The notes beneath the pieces are model-generated. The model was not told the DNA's origin. It worked only from the letters and a program-made list of their open reading frames with translations, and made no database searches. Shown one piece after another: positions 58,787 through 64,000 of a stretch of 64,000 nt of DNA. Source of the stretch: Leptolyngbyaceae cyanobacterium clean351 (GTDB lineage Bacteria > Cyanobacteriota > Cyanobacteriia > DAIDHW01). Each line of letters opens with the position of its first letter. The stretch's first letter is position 1. The DNA lies in assembly GCA_027451865.1 (NCBI GenBank), contig DAIDHW010000001.1, positions 905,530 to 969,529 on the forward strand, in the 5' to 3' direction. A program made the translations under genes and the position numbers.

Positions 58787-60316
58787 TTAGAGGCGTCGGG
58801 AAAGCAGGCGGTAGATCAACAGAAAAAGCGCCATGGTCACTAGGGACCCGAGGGCGAGAATCACGCCGCCTGTAGCAATAACCATGCTGGCGTCAACTAA
58901 GCCGTGGAGGGCAAATGCCGCCCTCACCTGGGGGATAAAAGCCACTACTGTAGTGCTCACTACTGCCACTACAACTAGGTCGAATCGCTCGATCAGCTGG
59001 CGGGCTTGAACACCGATTAAAACTACTAACAGGAGGAGCCAAGCCCCCACCGCCCCTAGGGTTGGTCCAAGCAGGCTCACCAGTAAAATCAGAAGCACTC
59101 CCCCCTCAAAACCAGTAAACAAGGCCGAATTCAGTAACCTCAGGGCTGGGAGGTGGCGGGGGGGTTGACGGACTGGGGCCGGCCGGGCTGGGGTGGGAGT
59201 GCCCAAGGCTTGGGTAGGCGGCACAGGACTGGCAACGGCGGGGGGCTTACCGCCGGGTAGGACTTGGGTGGGGGGAACGGCAGGGACCGGTTTGGCGGCT
59301 GGTCCGGCCGGCGGAGCTGGCAGGGTGGGGGGGAGAGGCTGGTTGGGGCCTGGCCGGGTTGAGGCTGGAGATTCCCGCAGTAGCTTCAAAATGACCTCGG
59401 CGGAGGAGGGGCGGTTTCGGGGAGACTGGGAAAGCATCAGGTCTAGAAGTTTCGCCAGGCGCTGGCTGACCTGGGGGGCGTAGGGGCGCCAATTCCAGCA
59501 GTTGCGATTCCCGTCGTAGAGTTGCTCTGGCTGCTGCCCGGTCAAGAGCATCACACAGGTGGCCGCTAGGGCGTACAGGTCCGTGGTGGGAGATACCGCC
59601 GCCCCTAGCATCTGTTCGGGGGGGGCAAACCCCGGGGAGTAGATCTCCGTTGACCGGCCTGAGCTGGTGCCCTGGGTAATCTTTTTTACGGCCCCAAAGT
59701 CCAGCAAAAAAAAATGGCCATCCTGCCGGCGCATAATGTTAGAGGGCTTGACATCCCGATGAATGGTGCCCTGACTGTGGACGAACTGGAGAATCTCCAA
59801 GACGCTTTCTAGGACCTCTAGAACTTGGGCCTCAGAAAACTTCCCCTGGGCCGCCAACTCCTGCTCTAGGGTTAGGCCATCAATAAACTCTTGCACCAAA
59901 TAGAAATACTCTTCCGTTACCCCGGGTCGGGAGCTAGGGACCGTGAGGGGAAAGAAGGCCAAAAGTTCCGGAATGTGACGGTTTTGTTTGCCTAGCTGGG
60001 CAAGCACCTCTCCCTCCCGCTCAAACAAGTCCTTAGCCTTGGCTAGTTGTTCTGGTCCAAGGCTCACCGCCGGCTGGAACTGTTTTACCACACAGGTGCT
60101 CAGATTTGGCATTCGTCGGTCTAGGGCCAAGAAAGCCGCCCCAAACCCCCCCCGCCCCAGGAGTTTTTGGGGCAGGTAGCGGCCATCGAGAATCAGGACC
60201 ATGCCGCAACTAGTGCAGAATTTCTGGGTTACCCCCCGCAGGGCAGCCGGCTCATCTAAGTCTGGGCAGGAGTTTTGGGGATGCTGGCAACCGGGACGGG
60301 TACAGTGGATAAGCAT
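58787..60316 (-). CDS. Hanks-type Ser/Thr protein kinase with N-terminal zinc ribbon and C-terminal membrane region
   Basis: N-terminal Cys cluster (CTRPGC...CTSCG), GRGGFG, VVKQ, HRDVKPSN, DFG, APE; Pro-rich linker, C-terminal hydrophobic helices. Confidence 0.85.
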   Translation of the reverse strand: MLIHCTRPGCQHPQNSCPDLDEPAALRGVTQKFCTSCGMVLILDGRYLPQKLLGRGGFGAAFLALDRRMPNLSTCVVKQFQPAVSLGPEQLAKAKDLFEREGEVLAQLGKQNRHIPELLAFFPLTVPSSRPGVTEEYFYLVQEFIDGLTLEQELAAQGKFSEAQVLEVLESVLEILQFVHSQGTIHRDVKPSNIMRRQDGHFFLLDFGAVKKITQGTSSGRSTEIYSPGFAPPEQMLGAAVSPTTDLYALAATCVMLLTGQQPEQLYDGNRNCWNWRPYAPQVSQRLAKLLDLMLSQSPRNRPSSAEVILKLLRESPASTRPGPNQPLPPTLPAPPAGPAAKPVPAVPPTQVLPGGKPPAVASPVPPTQALGTPTPARPAPVRQPPRHLPALRLLNSALFTGFEGGVLLILLVSLLGPTLGAVGAWLLLLVVLIGVQARQLIERFDLVVVAVVSTTVVAFIPQVRAAFALHGLVDASMVIATGGVILALGSLVTMALFLLIYRLLSRRL

Positions 60317-60326
60317 GACAGAAGCC

Positions 60327-60480
60327 TAGTCTAGGTCTACAGACTTGGGAGCACTCTTGAGGGGCAGAGAGGGGATGGACTCAAAGGCGGGGGAAACCAG
60401 AGGTAATATTTCTCGGGCGAAAGCCTCAGCAGCACGATAACGACCGGCACTACAAATATAAATCACTAGGAGGATGCGCT
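60327..60480 (-). pseudogene. 3' fragment of a LysR-type regulator gene (duplication remnant)
   Basis: Minus-strand translation gives ...[34 protein letters not shown], near-identical to the C-terminus of the LysR gene at 63189; no upstream coding body. Confidence 0.4.
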
Positions 60481-60629
60481 TGATTCTGAGCTCAGAATCA
60501 AATCTAATAGAGTTACAGGCAAAGCCCTATTATCGCCAATAGAGAAAGTAGCACAAGAGCATCACTCATCCTATAAAGCCCGCCAGCAGGATCACCAGGC
60601 TCAGGAGAAAACCCGTCCGCGCGACCCAC

Positions 60630-61620
60630 CTCCTGTTGGGCCGGGCAACTCTCAAGTTATAGGGACTCAACTCCCTCCTTCGAGTGTGGGCGCGTGCCAA
60701 GTTGTTTTGTGTCTTTGCCCAATCTGTTGGGTAGGCATCGTGAGTGAAGACTTGCAGGACCGATTCATAGAGTTTTATTGCCCGTTCTAGATTCTCGGCC
60801 CGAGCGCCCCGAGTCCTTTCAGGGATTCAACTCCCTCCTTCGAGTGTAGGCGCGTGCCAAGTTGTTTTGTGTCTTTGCCCAATCTGTTGGGTAGACATCG
60901 TGAGTGAAGACTTGCAAGGCCGATTCATAGAGTTTTATTGCCCGTTCTAGATTCTCGGCCCGAGCGCCCCGAGTCCTTTCAAAGTAAGCATTTGCTCAGT
61001 GGTTTTGTGTTTTTGCCCAATCTGTTGGGAAGGCATCGCGAGTGAAGACTTGCAACGGCAATTGATGGAGTCGGACCGCCTGTTCATGGTTCTCGGCCTG
61101 ATCGCCCCGGATCCGGTTATAGTAAGCCATTGCTAAATAATTTTGGGTCTTGGCCCAGTCTGTTGGGAAGGCATCACTAGTTCTCACTTGCAAGGCCGAC
61201 TTATAGAGTTGGATTGCCTGCTCCAGATTCTCAGCCCGATCACCCAGGAGCTGATTAAAGTAGGCAAGTGCCAAGCTGTTTTGGGTCCTTGCCCACTCTT
61301 CCGGGAAGGCATCACGAGTAAAGACTTGCAGGGCCAATTTAGAAGCCTCAATTGCCTGCTCCAGATTCTCAGCCCGGTCACCCCGGAGCCGATAACAGTA
61401 GACATTGGCCAGGCCATATTGTGTTCTTGCCCACTCTTCCGGCAAGGCATCGCGAGTAAAGACTTGCAGGGCCAATTCATAGGCCTCAACCGCCTGCTCC
61501 AGATTCTCAGCCCGCTCGCCCTGGATCCGGTTAAAGTAGGCAAATCCCAAGTTATTTTGGGTTTTTGCCCACTCTTCCGGCAAGGCAACACGGTTTATAT
61601 TTCGCAGCGCCGATTTATAG
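60630..61620. repeat. tandem repeat array, about 120-160 bp period, encoding TPR-like 40-aa units
   Basis: Copies at 60661-60820 and 60821-60980 differ at about 5 of 160 positions; further, progressively divergent units continue to about 61620. Confidence 0.6.
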
Positions 61621-62551
61621 GTTTAGATCGCCCATTCCCACTTCTCTACCTGGTTGCTCCCGATTTGGGTAGGTGGTTTTTGCAGGGCAGAATCCCCCCC
61701 CAGGGCCTGGAGCACCTCCTGGGCCCGTTGGTAGCGCTGCTCTGTAGCGGCCATCAGCAGGCGGTCAAGGACTTGCCCGAAGGAAGGAGAAACAGGGATA
61801 GGGAGGAAATCTCGCCACACCCACTTACCCTTAAGGGAGGAGTACAGGTCAAAGGGCTGCACTCCCGTGAGCAGGTGGATGCAGGTGACCCCCAGGACGT
61901 AGAGGTCGCTGGCGTAGACGGGCTTACCCCGCAGTTGCTCCGGGGCCGCGTAGTCGGCGGTGCCAATAACGGTACCGGTTTTAGCCAGCTGGTGGGGGTC
62001 GACCTGACAGAAGGCGCCAAAATCCACCAGCATGTAGGTGTGACTGCCGGCGCGCCGCATGATGTTGTCTGGTTTAATGTCCCGATGAATCACCTGGTGG
62101 TCGTGGACAAATGCCAACACCGGCAGGATGTTTTCTAGCAGTTGCCGGGTCTGGTCCGCGGACCAGGGCCCCTGACTGGCGAGGGCCTCACTCAAGTTCT
62201 GGCCATCAACAAACTCCTGGACTAGGTACAGGTGCTGGTCTTGGTAAAAGTAGGACAGCAGGGCAGGGATCTGGGGGTGAGCTCCGAGGGAAGCTAGTTG
62301 CTGAGCCTCCTGCTCAAATAGTTCAGCTGCCTTTTGCCGGTTGCCACTCTGGGGTAGGACTTGCTTGATGACACAGCGCTGCTGGTGGGGATGGTCCTGG
62401 TCTACGGCCAAGACCGGCCGAAGCCCCTCAACCAGAGGGGCTTGAGGGCCCGGTAGCGCTCCTGCAGGAGCAGTTTGGCGCCGCAGTGGGGGCAGAAGTT
62501 GGCAGTCCCGCCCAACTGGGGTCTAGGACAGGCGGGGTTTAAACAGTACAT
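60996..62551 (-). pseudogene. disrupted Ser/Thr kinase-TPR-repeat gene
   Basis: Zinc-ribbon N-terminus (MYCLNPACP...CPHCG from 62551) runs into a stop; kinase domain (HRDIKPDN, DFG, APE) continues in another frame from about 62411; in-frame TAA at 61623-61625 separates it from the TPR repeats. Confidence 0.5.
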
Positions 62552-63039
62552 CCCCACGGGATAAAGATACTAAGGGTTTACTTAAACATAATCTTAGAGC
62601 AGAATTTTTGCGGCCCAGCATACAATACAGGTATTTTATAATAGATAGTTTTAGTTTACTAAAAAATTACAACCTAGTGGAGAGTCTCAAGCTGATAATA
62701 GGGGGACATGAAAGAATTCAAAAGGTGAAAGAAAAGACTGGGGACACTCGTGGTCAGGAAATCTGTTCTGGTTATTTAACGGCTTGTCCGGACGACTCAG
62801 CTGTCAAGTTATTTTGGGTTGTTGCCCAAGCAGACCGACAGGAAGATTCCCATGACCAATCGAAGCCCTAAGGGGAATACCACGCTAACCCCGGCTGTCT
62901 CTATGATGTAGACTGAGTCACCGCCGTTCAAATGGCTAGCATCATTTGGCATCACATATAATTTTTGTAACTTTGAGTTGCCAGAATGATCGAGAATAAC
63001 GGAAACCACCACGGTGGTCACCATGGCTGGGATTATTTA

Positions 63040-63188
63040 GATGCAAGTGTCCTCAACCAGGATCGCGCCGCAGCTGGTACAGAGCTTTTGGGCCATCCCC
63101 GCAGGGTAGCCGGGTCATCTAGGTCCGGGCAGGAGTTTTGGGGATGCTGGCAACCGGGACGGGTGCAGTTAATAAGCACGACGGAAGC
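63040..63188 (-). pseudogene. 5' fragment of a zinc-ribbon Ser/Thr kinase gene (duplication remnant)
   Basis: Minus-strand translation VLINCTRPGCQHPQNSCPDLDDPATLRG... matches the N-terminus of the kinase at 58787-60316, then frameshifts and terminates. Confidence 0.4.
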
Positions 63189-64000
63189 CTAGTCTAGGTC
63201 TACCGACTTGGGAGCACTCTTAAGTGGCGGGGAGGGGATGGACTCAAAGGTGGGGGAGAACAGCGGTAGTATTTCCCGGGCGAAAGCCTCAGCCGCCTTG
63301 GAACGATAACGATTGGCATTATAAATCACGGAGAGGATGCGCTTGACGGCAATATCCTCAATCCTAGCCCGGTGTAATATGCCACTATCGAGCTCCTTTT
63401 CAATCGCCGACACAGAAACAAAAGCAGCGCCTAGCCCAGCCTGGACAGCATTTTTAATCGCTTCAATTGAATTTAACTCCATTTCTATTTGCAGGCGACG
63501 GCCATCAATCCCACAGGTGGTCAAGGCCTGGTCGATCACCTTGCGGATCGTGGACTGAGCATCTAGGGCAATGAATTGCAACCGGTATAAGTCTTCCTTC
63601 AGGATGCACTCGGTTTGGGCCAAGGGGTGGGTTACCGGCAAAATTAATGCTAATTCGTCCTCGGCATAGGGAATAATTTCTATAGAGTCCTGGAGTTCTG
63701 TAGGTACTTCCCCCCCAATGACAGCAAGGTCGATCTGCCCATTGGCGACACTCCAGGAGGTCCGCCGGGTCGAGTGGACGTGCAGTTGCACCGCCACCTC
63801 TGGGTAACGTTGACGGAAAGCGCCAATCATCCTAGGCAACAGGTAGGTTCCCGTGGTCTGACTGGCACCAACAATCAGGGTCCCCCCCTGGAGATTTTGC
63901 AGGTCTTCGATCGCCCGACAGGTTTCCGCGCACAGGGTGAGGATTTTGTCTCCGTAACTAAGTAGTAGGTGGCCTGCCTCTGTCAGTTGTGCCCGTCGGC
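63189..64000 (-). CDS. LysR-family transcriptional regulator (5' end beyond window)
   Basis: Substrate-binding domain with [15 protein letters not shown] hinge motif; frame stays open upstream of 63839 through the window end (…[11 protein letters not shown]). Confidence 0.75.
   Translation of the reverse strand, partial: RRAQLTEAGHLLLSYGDKILTLCAETCRAIEDLQNLQGGTLIVGASQTTGTYLLPRMIGAFRQRYPEVAVQLHVHSTRRTSWSVANGQIDLAVIGGEVPTELQDSIEIIPYAEDELALILPVTHPLAQTECILKEDLYRLQFIALDAQSTIRKVIDQALTTCGIDGRRLQIEMELNSIEAIKNAVQAGLGAAFVSVSAIEKELDSGILHRARIEDIAVKRILSVIYNANRYRSKAAEAFAREILPLFSPTFESIPSPPLKSAPKSVDLD

Noticed and set aside
60630-61620. Tandem repeats considered as a possible CRISPR array
   Set aside because: Units are 120-160 bp, lie in a coding frame for TPR-like 40-aa repeats and have no short repeat-spacer structure; no cas genes nearby.
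62809-63024. 71-aa ORF in the AT-rich island
   Set aside because: Composition is atypical for this genome's coding sequence and there is no motif; more likely non-coding.

Overview
GC-rich (~60%) chromosomal segment that looks cyanobacterial: it carries psbZ (photosystem II), a LabA/NYN gene, several Hanks-type Ser/Thr kinases with zinc-ribbon N-termini, and a KirBac-type K+ channel. Most of the window is housekeeping (queE, trpF, aroQ, msrA, argH, ctpA, rsmE, pnp, purF, mutS, prfC, metG, ribH, class II RNR, an rmlC-rmlD-rmlA cluster, an arsR/ACR3/arsC arsenic module, one tRNA-Arg). All calls rest on reading the supplied six-frame translations for motifs; no database search was run. No CRISPR array, transposase or integrase was seen. 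The best candidate for an undescribed system is a tightly linked pair of FHA-domain genes at 25001-26943 (a FraH-like zinc-ribbon/FHA protein plus an FHA/zinc-ribbon/kinase-like protein that appears to be a pseudokinase), lying between a response-regulator-PP2C phosphatase and mutS. Other notable loci are two pairs of paralogous small secreted proteins (803-1699; 31462-32153), a decayed kinase-TPR gene with a ~1 kb tandem repeat array (60630-62551), and a ~250-300 bp segmental duplication flanking an AT-rich island at the 3' end of the window.
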